From Camelus ferus (lineage: Eukaryota): a DNA stretch of 64,000 nt. The notes below the pieces were generated by a model, which was not told the origin of the DNA, did no database searches, and saw only the letters and a list, made by a program, of their open reading frames with translations. The stretch spans positions 75,890,001-75,954,000 of the forward strand of contig NC_045697.1 in assembly GCF_009834535.1 (NCBI RefSeq), in the 5' to 3' direction. Position 1 is the first letter of the stretch, and the number at the start of each line of letters is the position of its first letter. Positions 52,561-64,000 of this stretch are shown here, in pieces. The translations under genes and the position numbers were made by a program.

Positions 52561-54109
52561 CAGCAGGATTTGTAGTTTCTCCAGGTAGAGTCATTTGTCG
52601 AGAGAGCTGTGAATCATCTCGACCCCAGTGTGCCCTGGTTTGTAAAAAAGGAAACTTGCAAATCATGTGCTTTCTGGACAAGGGAATGAAGTCCAACATA
52701 TTTTACTGAACACAAAGCAGACGTCCAAGGTGGAAGGAAAAACAGAGTTGTTCTGAAGCCAACAGTCTCCTTCACCAAATTTAGGTGTGGTTTGGAGAAG
52801 CTGTGTTTTTCCAAAGCCATCAAAGCAGAGAGTGTCTGTAATTAAAACAGTGTACGTATTGAATTTAAACACTGGCTGGTTTTTAGTGAAACTAATTTAA
52901 GGCACGAGAGAAGTTCAGAAGTATAATAGACAACTCTTAAGGGGTTATTACAATGGGCTTTGAAGAAATGGCCACAGAAAAGAAGGCAAACCCCCCCTAG
53001 TAATGGGTGACGTTTGCAGGGATGAATTGCTATGATTACAGAAAGAAAGAAAATTAAAGATTATCTTCTGTAGAAAAGTTGCAATTTTCAGAGGCCACAT
53101 GAGTAAATGTCCTGCTGAATAACCAGGCTACAGATACTCATCACGGGCGCTCTGGGACCATCCTCGCTAATCAGCACCCGTGTTCAGTTGTCGAGACCTA
53201 AGACCTCTCCCCGAAGCATCCTCCAGCTATCAGTGCCTGGACTGCGGTTCAGTAAAACAAACACAAATCACTTTGCTTGGCTTAGATGACGTGGTGCGCT
53301 AGAACAGGAGTCTGAGCTGCATTTTCAGTGTGGTTCTGCCAGGGGCTTTGAGTGCTCTTTAGATTTTTTTGTGGTTACAAAGCCATTAGATCATCTACCT
53401 GTCTCCTTTGCTGCTGACACTGTAGAATGTCCTCAGTGACCAAGAGCAATGGCAGACCCGTGTATGCTGGAACCTCTTGCTGTCGGAAGGTGTCTGACCT
53501 AGTCATTGATGCCTGATACCACTTGTCACTCGCTGGATGTGATCATAAAAGCCCCCGCAGTGATAGGCTCTGGGTGAAATCCTCTGCTGTCAGTTTCCCC
53601 CTCCTCTAGCCTCTGGTTTACTTTAAGTCCTTTGCTTACAATTGGCTTCAACCTACCAACCCAAGCTTTGGTTTGTAGTCACAAAATTTGTGTTCTAAAA
53701 ATTGTGTTTAGATAAATGTTGACCTAGTTATTAGGACTCACATGAAGTGATTTAGCTTTTCAAATCCATTTTGCCACAGGAACGTTGGGCCAGCATAGCT
53801 ACATTCCTTTCCCGGAGAAAGTGCCCCTCTCATCCTAGCCATAGGTGTCCAAAGGTCTTCTCTTCTAAATTGAAGGGGTGGTGTGGAGGGTAAGGTTTCT
53901 GGTTTGGCAGCAGCCAAGTTGGGCTCTCTTGTACCTGATTTATTTTTGTGGGAAGTGGTGTGTGGAGGTCACAGTTTGAAGAACCCTTGAACACTGAACC
54001 CTGTCTGCTTTGGCTGTTCTGACTTATGCTGCTTCTCTTAGTTTTCTACATCTTCAATTCTACATCCAGGCATAGCATGGAATGGGTCTGAAAAAGGAGG
54101 GCATAGCTA

Positions 54110-54192
54110 GGGGCGGGAGGGTAATAGCACATGCTTATTAGCATGCACAGGGTCCTGGGTTCAATCTCTCGTTCCTCAACTGAAAAAAAAAT
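54110..54192 (+). mobile_element. Degenerate tRNA-Ala-derived SINE (A box deleted)
   Basis: 'agcacatgcttattagcatgcacagggtcctgggttcaatctc...cctcaactgaaaaaaaaa'. Confidence 0.75.
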
Positions 54193-56518
54193 TCAGTATT
54201 TTAAAAAATGATAAAGTTACTGCACCATTTAAAAAAGAGGAACGAGTCTTAAGTGATGTGTGATGGGGGCTTGATGAAATAGAACAGAACTAGAAAAAAA
54301 ATCCATTAATCCCACCTCTCTCACTGTTATCCTCTCTTCCCCAGTTTGCCCTCCACCCTCTTCTTTAATTTCTTTTCTTAAAGTTTTGTTTAGCGTTTAT
54401 GCTGAGCATGATCTGACATCGTAAGATAGCAGTGACAGAAGTGAGGAGTGAAGGGCTGAGAAAGTAGAGAAGGAGCAAGAAGACCTCGCTCTGTTCTGTG
54501 AAGTCACATTGAATCATGCTATCAGAAATCTCCATACGCCATCACTGCTGAGAGGAAGAGGGGAGAAGAGAATGTGTAGCAGCGTTTTAGCTCCTGGTTG
54601 GTTTATGCCTTTGGATTCATCTAACCCCAGATAAAAGGGGTTTAAGTGTTTCTGCCCTTAGAAAATTTGAGTGTTGAGTTGGGAATGGGTGAGTGGATAA
54701 AAAACATTATTATGGTTTTGAAATGAAGAATAATGTGTCCTCTTAAACTGGGAACACAATGGTCAGAGGGAGTATATGTACCTTTTTATTTGATCTCAGT
54801 GTTGACAGTTGTTTGTACCAACCCATGACGAGAAATTCCCAAAGGTCTGTGGCTGATCTGTGCATGCTATTGTCCGCATCAAGTGCACATCCCATTTTGT
54901 GTGGTTTGTAGGCTGCCTTTCCTGAGGGGCACTTTATGTGAGTCCTGCAGCTCAGTCCTCAGCCCTTATCTTCCTTGGGTATGAGTCCTTTGCTGCCTTC
55001 TAGATCCTGGCTTTTCAAGGCCGGCTCACCTGATTCTTGGTTTTGCCACCAGGGTTGGTCTCCGCCAACTTTTGAAGAAGGTTACGTTTCTTTGAAACCT
55101 CCAGCTTCTCCCTCAGCCCTCTAATTCAGTTGCACGGCATTTTCTGTTGCAGCACCTTATTCTCCACCAGCAACCAATCGTGGTGTGTTTGCCCTTTTAC
55201 AAGGGTCACCTGAATACCAGAAAGAAATTCCAGATCCATGAGGGTTTTATTGTTTTTTGTTTTTTTTTAAATCAGGGAAATTTTAGGCAAGGAATCCTGC
55301 CCCAATTCCTGTTGTACTTGATAGGATGGTTTTCCATCTGCTTTGGAGGCTGACTTCATTTGTCTGCCCCTAGGCTGTCTTCTCACCCATCTGTACACAT
55401 CTTACCCTCCTCCGCCACTACACGTCCCCCTGGACAAGACACTGCCCGTCTTCACCACCAACTGCGGCTGGCCTGGCCGTGCTGCAGGCGCCAGTTGCCC
55501 AGAAGGTCATAGTTGAGTATGAAAGGCAGTATATCCTGCAACTATCCCCCCAGGTCCCAAATGAACAGTAAATAATGGGCTTTCTAGATTTCTCTTCTCG
55601 TGTGTACTCTTACTCCATTTTATTTCTGAGTATCACTCTTGATTTTCTAAACCTATTCACTTGGTACAGACTGATCTGGAAGCCTGCATCTGGCCCCTCA
55701 ATGTTTCAGTATTCCAGTTTTCCAAGTATTGCAACTCAGTCCACGACTCCTTCCTGTGAACTCACATTTTAATGGAATATAGGCTTTTGACCTTTGCCTT
55801 ACACGCCCTCCCTAGCCCATCCTGGTTGCCCATCCCTCTTGATGGCTTCCTGGGGCTTCTCCACCTTTGCGCAAGGAAGGGAGCTCTGTCCTCACCCCCT
55901 TCCCACAGCACACAGGTTATTGCTTTGGGAGATGTTTCTCCTGATCAAAGCTACTCATTTTAAAGCTGCCGGTACGTCCCTAATCCATCACTTTCAAACC
56001 TATTTAAATTATTTAATGTATTGCAACTCCTCTTTTTAACTGTCAGTGTGTTGATCAGATGTTAATGTGGCAATATGCACATGTTAGGCTGCCCACTTAA
56101 CACAGGGTCTGAACCCACGGTAGAATATTAGTAATGTGGAGTGCAGCCGAATCAAATAATAACTATCCAAAACCCTGACTTCCCTCTGCAAAGAGGAAAG
56201 AAAGGAGCTTTGATTTTTTAGTGCATAACTGTAGTGAAGTCATTGGTTATTAATATTTTTAAAAGCTTTGCCCAAGGACACACCACCACCAAAATGTATT
56301 ATTAGTAGCATATTGAATAATTTAAAACATGTCACTAAAAACTGGCCAATACAATGAGTAAAACTCAGTTTGAGGAGCTTCCTCTCTTGCATTCTCTGAC
56401 TTTTTAAGTAAAAAAAAAAATCACAAACTGGCGACCTTTCTAAATATCACACAAAGTAGGCTGAAACGTGATTTTGTCAGATTGTAAATTTTCTTCCTGA
56501 CCTTCTTGTGTCATTCAG

Positions 56519-56672
56519 CTCAATGGAGACTCTCAGGCCAAAGTACAGCGGATTCTCCGGTTGATATCTGGTGGTGGGTTGTCCATAACTGGATCGCATA
56601 TCCTGTGCGGAGATTTCCTTTTCAGTGGTCACACAGTTATGCTGACGCTTACTTACTTGTTCATCAAGGAAT
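56519..56672 (+). CDS. SGMS2: SMS2 coding exon 3 (154 nt; motif with H229); absent from the ORF track
   Basis: ttcag|CTC; LNGDSQAKVQRILRLISGGGLSITGSHILCGDFLFSGHTVMLTLTYLFIKE; T|GTAAGT. Confidence 0.99.
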
Positions 56673-56758
56673 GTAAGTAGTAACTCATTCTTGCTGTATT
56701 GATGGCTGACGTGGGTGGGATCCCTAGGTCCTTATTCTGTTGGAATTGATAGCTATGA

Positions 56759-56760
<2 letters not shown>

Positions 56761-56810
<50 letters not shown>
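56761..56810 (+). repeat. (GT)25 microsatellite
   Basis: Directly visible, 88 nt downstream of coding exon 3. Confidence 0.98.
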
Positions 56811-56812
<2 letters not shown>

Positions 56813-58049
56813 ATCATGCTTAAGACTTCCCCTGGCTTCTGGCTAACATTTAGCATGCCTCCAAAATGCCTCCCTCCTCCGTTAGTACTTCTGAAGGTAT
56901 GAAAAGCCATTTTAATGTTGGAACTGAGAAGAACAGTTGTTAAGTTTATTGTAAAAAGAATCAGCGTGTTCCAGAGTCAAATGGAAATGACTTTTGAATG
57001 AAACGTCCTTTCTATGGAACGTCCATTCCAAGTACTTCAGTTAATGTTCCCCCCCCAAAATGTTTAAAATGTTTCCTTGTCCCACTTTATTGTGATTTCC
57101 TCATTTTCCAGTACCTTCTATGCTTTAATAGGCATCTTCATGGAACATTTTGCCAATACTGACCGTTTTCTTCTTGAAAAGCAACATGGAGATGAGACTG
57201 TGAAGTATCTTTCCATGTTTACATACTTAATTTCCATTACGCAAAATTGCTGTGTATCCTGGCTGTTTTTGTGGGGCTGGAAGAACGTTCATTGTGGGGG
57301 AGGTTGTGCTTGGTTTTAGCTGCCTAGCAGGTCCGGTTCTTGTGCATTTCTGAGGTTTTGTATATTTAGGCCCATTTTGTCAAAATCTTTTAGGAGTAGT
57401 AATGCTTCTCCCTCCATTTTTACCAACCTGGTCAGTAGCAACCTTCATGTTTAATTCCAAGATACCCCATACCAGTGTTTTTTGTTTTTGTTTTTGTTTT
57501 TTTAAGGCTTATCTCAATTCTCTTTACTTTTGCAGCATATTGTAAGGGAGGTCTTGGGCAGAGACCAGGCCTCCCCTCTCTGTCCTTCTTGGTTATTCCT
57601 GCTTTCTTCCTTCTTCTCTGGGCCTGTCATTCATCCAAATGGGTTCAGGCCCATCAGGGTTTATCTTCCAGGGGTACAGAATTGAGTTCTTGCCCCATGG
57701 ATTATCCAGGATGATAGGTTTTAATTCTACTTTGGGGGCAATATGAGAAAGAGTTGAGATTCTCTGTAGTAGATGAAGTGAGTCTGTTTTTAAATTTGGA
57801 AGATGACAATTGTGTATCTCTTAAATTGTCTTCTTTCTAAATGCTACATACACACTTTGAGTAGGGAGAGCCACGTGTGAAGTGTTCACCCTGCATCACA
57901 CTGCCTGACTTTAAGGTGAGGGGTCTTCTGCACCTTGCCCCTTACTTCATTTCTGTTCTCACATGACTGGGGAGGTTGTGGAGGGGAGGAACCCAGGTCT
58001 GTCTGTGCACCAGTATGCCGTCCTTAAATTTCAGTCTTCTGAAATTTCT

Positions 58050-58230
58050 TTTTTTCCCCCCCCTTATTTATATATATATTGAAGTCAGGTTGATTGGCAG
58101 TGTTGTGTAGTCCAGGTGTACAGCAAAGTGATTCAGTTACAGATTCTTTTCCATTATAGCTTATGACAAGATGGTGAATACAGTTCCCTGTGCTATACAG
58201 TAGGTCTTTGTTATTCATCTATTTTATACA
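58050..58230 (-). mobile_element. L1 3' end with TSD
   Basis: 'attgaagt...caggtgtacagcaaagtgattcagtta...gaatacagttccctgtgctatacagtagg'; TSD ctgaaatttct at 58039-58049 and 58231-58241. Confidence 0.85.
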
Positions 58231-58559
58231 CTGAAATTTCTAATTTCTGATACCTAGTTATTGGCTCTGGGTGGTGGGTGGAGTGATTTATGTGGTTTGT
58301 GATTCTGACTCTAACTTTCGCTGCTGAGAGTTCCACCTGTGTGTAAGATCCATCACTTTCAGTCCAGAGGTCCATTTAGGTTGTAGAATCTTTTCTCTAA
58401 TCTGTGGATCATGGAAAGCTTATAGAAGATGAGGATGATGGTAGGGAGGAGCTGCCTGTTAGAATGAAGCTCCTGTGGGTGAAAACCAGACTAATGAAGA
58501 GAAAACACTCCAGGAAACAGTGAGTTTTATAAAATAACCGAAGACCAGGTGATATTACC

Positions 58560-58790
58560 AATAACAGCACACAGACGTTGTATTTACTCTGCCAGGTCCC
58601 TATTCTAAGCCCTAGATGCAAATTAACTCATTTAATCCTTGCAGCCACCCCATAGGGGAAGCACTGTTTTTCTCCATTTTTCGGAGAGGAAACTTAAGCC
58701 TAGAGAAGGTGAGTGAATGAGCCCCAGCCCACAGTTAGTAGTGGGAGCATGCAAACTCAAGCAGGCTGACTTCAGAGGTTTTGCTATCAC
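58560..58790 (-). mobile_element. MIR SINE
   Basis: 'attaactcatttaatcct...ctccatttttcggagaggaaacttaagcctagagaggg'-like core. Confidence 0.7.
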
Positions 58791-61316
58791 TGTCTTGGCT
58801 CTGTTTAGAATTTTTGGAAACCCAACTTGTCTGATCTTACAGAATTGCTAAGGAATAGTCTGAGTATATTGCTCATTACTGTTCTTTTACCTCACAGCAA
58901 TAGCAGGGCCACCTCGTGATTATTTTTATACTTAATAAAGGCTAAGCAGGATGTAGAAACATTTTCTTCCCAAGGTACGATTTGGGCTGGAGGCTTTTTA
59001 AATTGTGTACATTTACATAAGGCAAGGAAAGAATTACATTCTACTTTTCCCAAGTTTTGGTGAGAAACAAAACGGCAGATCTGTAATGCTTGATACAAAC
59101 CCAACTTTAGAATCAGTTCTGTATGTAAACAGAGCAGTCCATATTTATGCCCGTTTCCTATGCAATTAGGAAAAACAGTCACCTTCTAAATTATACCATG
59201 TGTTGTTCTGAGTAAGCCGTGGTTGCCGTGGTTCCCGTGGTTCCTTTGAACAGTCAGCTTCTAGAATTAGATGCATCATTTATATATTTTTTGCTTTCCT
59301 GCCTTTTGATCATTTAGACTCTCCTTGTTTACTCTGTCGTCATGAGGGGATTCGAATTTAATCTTAAGAGTAGATGAAAACATGGGACTGGGGTCATTTT
59401 GTGGGTTAACAAGAGAGGGTTTTACACAGTTGTGCAAATATTATCACTGGGACCTAGGTTCCTTATAAAATTAGCCTGGAGAAATCAATCTAGCTCTTGG
59501 CACTAAATGTCTTGCTAGTCGAGAAAACTTTTTTTTTTCTACCTTACTGCTACACCAAGTCCATTGTCTCTATTATTCACTGACGTTAGGGCTAGGATCC
59601 CACACAGACAGTGGAGTTCATTAATAATTGTGTCATCATGTCTCAGCTCGAGGTTATCACTGTGAGTAGAAGGAGAGAGCAGAGAGGATTACCGTCTCGC
59701 CATTTCTATGTCAAAATAGTTTATATTAAATCTGTTCTTTGGGCCATCTGGTGTTCTCAATCAATGAGCCAGTGGTCCAATGTGGTAGCATAACAGAGGA
59801 TAGATACATTTTTTATGGGAAAGCAGTGCAGGGGCTTCTGGCCCCTCCTAAAACCTCATGTTCAACTCCACGAGTAGAAAAATGACCATTCAGGCCACCT
59901 CCTCACTCCCTACATACTCCAGCTTTGCTTCTTGTGGATAAACAAATACAAAATAGCTCTGGTTCGCTCAAACATTTTGAACTTTTAAGGTCAATACCAG
60001 ATGACCTGTAAGGAAGGGAAGCAGGGCTGATGTGAGATTTCGGGGCTGGGTGAGGGCTGTGGTGCTGAAGAATGCCTATTGAGCAAAATCTCCAGATTTC
60101 TAAATGTTACTTCCATTTTTAAACTTCAGAGCCTAACAGAACAGTTATGGGGACTGGATCTGGCCCCTCAGGCTACAGGAGTAAGGCCTCCCCCAGCTAT
60201 GAAATTCTCTGCTTCTGTGAGTTATCCTCTGCCAGAACCTAGTGGCAGGATGAGCCAAAGGAGAAACAAGTTGCATATTCAAAAGTAGAAAATCAGACTT
60301 TCAAGTGCAAATGTGGGTTTCTCATCTTACTGTTCCACTTGGGACCAAAAGAGCAACCGCTGTTTTACCAAAAAATGTTTCATTTAAATGACACCCGGTT
60401 TGATATTTCATCTAAAGTTCTGGAAATGAATCTTTCTGTTGTTCAACCATGCTCCCACACTTGAAAGTAAATATCACTATAAAAACAGTTAAATGTGAAA
60501 TTTCAGTTTATTATGTTATTAACTTTGTGAGCGAATAAAGCTTTAAAAAGAAAGTTGTTAAAGAAAAAGAGCAGTTGTCAGAGGCGACTCTGGTTCCGTT
60601 CACACCTGTGTCATTACCATGTGTGTGGGAAGGCGGTGGGGCTTGTGATCATCTTTAACCTGATGAGCGCTTTGGTTCTCTCGTATGACCAATCAGTGCT
60701 GTGAACTTCTTAGTGACCTTGCTGGGTAAGGCTCAGATCCCTACGTGAGTGGGCGAGAATCCTAAGCTTTGCATAGGAAGGGTCTTACTGTTGCTATTGG
60801 CCATAACAGTATAAAATTGCTGAGAATCAAAATATTGCCAGCCACAATGCCATTTTTCTCCCTGTGGAGAAATCAAAGTAAGTTTATGTAAGACCCGAAA
60901 TCACTCTGACTTTCTCACTCCACCCCGTTGTGCCCCCATATTTTCATAGACAGCTACCTTTTCTTTTGACCCCTACTGTTTTTCTTTCTGGTGGGGTCCG
61001 TACGTGAGCCAGTGTGAGCCCCTTCCAGCCAACCCAACGTGAAACGTTTCTCTTCCTTCTTAGACTGTGTGTGTATCTCGTGTTACCAGCCTCCCCAGCC
61101 GTGACTGTTCCACCTGCCCTCAGCGGTGCGCCCTCCTCCCTCCCTCCCTCCCTGAGCAAATCCCGGGCAGTTCTCAGTGACTCATTTTGGGTTATCCATT
61201 TTCTCCTTCAGTGACTTCCTGGCCTTAGACTTTCCTAAGGCCTTTAGGTTAGACTGTCATCATTCATCTCCTCTCTGGGAGTCGTGTATTAACCCTGTGA
61301 TTTTTCTGCTGTCCAG

Positions 61317-61483
61317 ACTCGCCTCGTCACTTCTGGTGGTATCATTTGATCTGCTGGCTGCTGAGCGCTGCCGGGATCATCTGCATCCTCGTAGCACACG
61401 AGCACTACACTGTCGACGTGATTGTGGCTTATTACATCACAACACGGCTCTTTTGGTGGTATCATTCTATGGCCAATGAAAAG
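61317..61483 (+). CDS. SGMS2: SMS2 coding exon 4 (167 nt; HEHYTVD motif with H272 and D276)
   Basis: tccag|AC; (Y)SPRHFWWYHLICWLLSAAGIICILVAHEHYTVDVIVAYYITTRLFWWYHSMANEK; AAG|GTGAGA. Confidence 0.99.
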
Positions 61484-62763
61484 GTGAGAGCAGTGACATT
61501 ATCCTTGGATAATTTCTTTTCTTTCAATGCTGTGGACCCTTTTTCACACGGGGGTTTCTGATAGCTTAATGGGAATCACTGCTGTTGCTGCCTAACTGTG
61601 TGGTTTGGGTCAGTTCGCTTAAATTTATAGTAATGACAGCCTCTTAATGAGTATCAAAGATATAAGTGGCGTTTAAGGGTAAAGATGCCGTATAATTATA
61701 GAGCTCGAATTCAACTCATTTACAGGAGAATTAAAATTAAATGAAAATCTAGGAAGCTGCTTTGTAGAAGCATTTGTGGTGCAGCTAGGTAGGACACTCC
61801 CTGCCCTCAGAGTACTTCATTCTGAGAAAAGATGGCAACTGTTTTAAAAAGTTGGGCAGAACAACTTACAAGTAACTGGTTTCGGTACTCCTTCTGGTGA
61901 TACCGTGCTCTCTGCCTTCCCTTCTCGTCCTTTCCTTATTTGTTTCTGCTGCCTCCGGTTCCCAGACGACTTCTATTCTTCTACCATCATTCCGAAAGAG
62001 CTGGCTTAGCTGCCGTCTCTTCTGAGAAGCCTTTTCCAACTCCTGCTCTCTGCCTCTAGTCCCACGTGGGAATGATGCCTTCTCTGTGCCATCCAGCCCT
62101 AGCGTGTGTCCTTGTTGTAACAGAGTTAGTCTGTGTGCTATGACTGACTTATCTTGGGATGGTCTTACCATATTGTGTGAGGCATATCATGTTTGGAGAC
62201 TTTGTGCACAGCTGAAATATGTCATTCCCCCCAGGATCTAAATCCAATTCTCAGTTAGCAGTGTCCACTAGGAAATGCCCTCTCTATAGACATTGTTGTC
62301 TTTGTGGCTCTATTTCCTATTCTTTCGTCTCCTATGTCCGTCTTCCTCCTTACACTTCATCTCAATGTCTAGTGATGCCACTGAACCAAAATTTTCACCT
62401 TTCCCCTTACATACACTCAGCCTTGTGGGCTCTCCTTCCACTCTTCCATCCTCCTTGACCCCATACGTAGACCTGACCACTCGCACATCCTACAGATTGT
62501 CCCTGGAGAGCTCCCACATCCATCCTTGAGTCTCCATTCTTACTGGAATTGCAGGCAGAAGATTCACCTGAGCCACAGAGAGGAAACGAATGTGGGGCGG
62601 GTCCTGTCAGAGTCAGGGGAAGAGGCGCAAAGACAGTCATTGCCTTGTGGTCCCCATTCGGGTGCTTCCCTTGTTAAGTTACAGCGAATGACAATTCAGA
62701 AAAAAATTATATTGCAAGTTATGAAAAACGTGTCTCATTTTATTTTTTTCCTACCTTTTACAG

Positions 62764-62967
62764 AACTTGAAGGTGTCTTCACAGACTAATTTCTTGTCTC
62801 GAGCATGGTGGTTCCCCATCTTTTATTTTTTTGAGAAAAACGTACAAGGCTCAATTCCTTGCTGCTTCTCCTGGCCACTCTCCTGGCCTCCCGGCTGCTT
62901 TAAATCATCCTGCAAGAAGTATTCGCGGGTTCAGAAGATCGGTGAAGATAATGAGAAGTCTACCTGA
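62764..62967 (+). CDS. SGMS2: SMS2 last coding exon (204 nt including TGA)
   Basis: tacag|AAC; NLKVSSQTNFLSRAWWFP...PCCFSWPLSWPPGCFKSSCKK...EDNEKST*; 455+118+154+167+204 = 1098 nt = 365 aa + stop. Confidence 0.99.
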   Translation, partial: NLKVSSQTNFLSRAWWFPIFYFFEKNVQGSIPCCFSWPLSWPPGCFKSSCKKYSRVQKIGEDNEKST

Positions 62968-64000
62968 GGAGCAAAGCAAAGGCATCAGCTCTTACACCAA
63001 AAGAGTCATTGCTGTAACCAAAGGTATAGTTTTTTTTGTTTTTTATTTTAGGAGAACTGACTGGTAAATGAAGAAGTGGACCAAATTTTGTGCAAATGCT
63101 TAGAAAGATGAATGAAGTATTACCTTTTGACTGGTTTTCTATTCGTCCTGAGAAAGTTACATTCTCCCGTGGCTCTTCATTCATTGGTGACAAGCCCTCA
63201 GTCTGGGACTTTACTAATGAGCTTGTTAAAGAGGTGCCAAAGAACATACTACTCCTTTCCTCATTCTTTCTCCACTAAAGCGCTCCACTTCAGACTTTTT
63301 TCAGGATTTTTTTTCCCCCTCCAAGGTCAAAAGAATTTGTTAATGTTTTAAATAAAAATATCTGGATATATACAGCTACTGTGTAAATAGAATCACCTGA
63401 TGTTGAGAGTGGTTTTTAGCATTAGCCCTACCGGCGAGGGGGCGATCCACTCACTGGGCCGTGAGTGGACTTCGGGTGAACGTTGTTTCCTCCCCGTCGA
63501 GGGGAAGGTCAGGGTCAGGTCTGGGAATATGCACTGCTGCTGCTCCCAATGTACTGTGTATCACTTTTACTTTATTCTTTTTAAACTGATAATTTTATAA
63601 TTTAAAAAAAAGCTTTAAAATAATATAAAAGTATTTGGCGCACCCCACATGTGTGTAAATATTTCATTGTAAGATCTCTGTGACAGACACACAGGGAAAC
63701 ATGGGGTGTTCCTGCTAGGAATGGTCTCATGCACACGCTTACCTGCTGTCTGCCTGGTAAATTGGCACCTGTACCCCCAGGGCAGTGGACTGTGTAGCTC
63801 AGGCTGAAGACACGTATGTGTGTGAACTGATGCTCATGCCCTTTGGGGAACAAGCCCGTGTTTTTCTCCCAGGTCATGCCCTATGTGAGATCTGTTTTAG
63901 AGCTGCTCATTGGAACTCACAAATACAATTGGTCACATTTCACTGAAAACCATTTCTTCCTAGTTACATTGAGCTTTGTGGAAGAACCAAGATAGAGTCC
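62968..64000 (+). other. SGMS2: SGMS2 3'UTR (probably continues beyond the window)
   Basis: Repeat-free sequence after the stop; AATAAA at 63351-63356 is a candidate proximal poly(A) signal. Confidence 0.75.

Noticed and set aside
59217..59244. (CCGTGGTTS)x3 and other short tandem duplications (e.g. 8640-8667, 34557-34580)
   Set aside because: Simple slippage duplications with no spacers; not CRISPR-like
48460..61610. Several RUNX-like TGTGGT(T) motifs, tempting given the bone phenotype of SGMS2
   Set aside because: Dispersed 6-7-mers with no tight cluster; cannot be separated from chance by eye
1..64000. A novel multi-gene or prokaryote-type system
   Set aside because: The window is explained by one spliced mammalian gene plus ordinary repeats; no operon, array or foreign-composition segment was seen

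Overview
Mammalian genomic DNA, most likely camelid: it carries seven tRNA-Ala-derived Vic-1-type SINEs and I saw no Alu, Bov-A/BovB or PRE-1. It covers most of SGMS2 (sphingomyelin synthase 2) on the + strand. Bases 1-47164 are 5' intronic/UTR-exon territory, and the distal first exon is probably upstream of the window. Five coding exons (47411-47865, 51222-51339, 56519-56672, 61317-61483, 62764-62967) splice at GT-AG sites into an intact 1098-nt, 365-aa ORF with the H229/H272/D276 catalytic triad. The 3'UTR probably runs off the right edge. The rest is ordinary repeats (L1, L2, MIR, MER68 LTR, hAT and Tigger elements, microsatellites) plus a U6 retropseudogene. I found no new biological system. 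The best leads are: a TATA-driven proximal first exon at ~46220-46325; three uORFs, one in frame with SMS2 behind a single TGA; an unidentified 88-bp retrocopy nested in an L1; and two tailless L1 3' fragments that stop at the same internal point. Repeat family names and human comparisons come from recalled sequences, and repeat boundaries are approximate.
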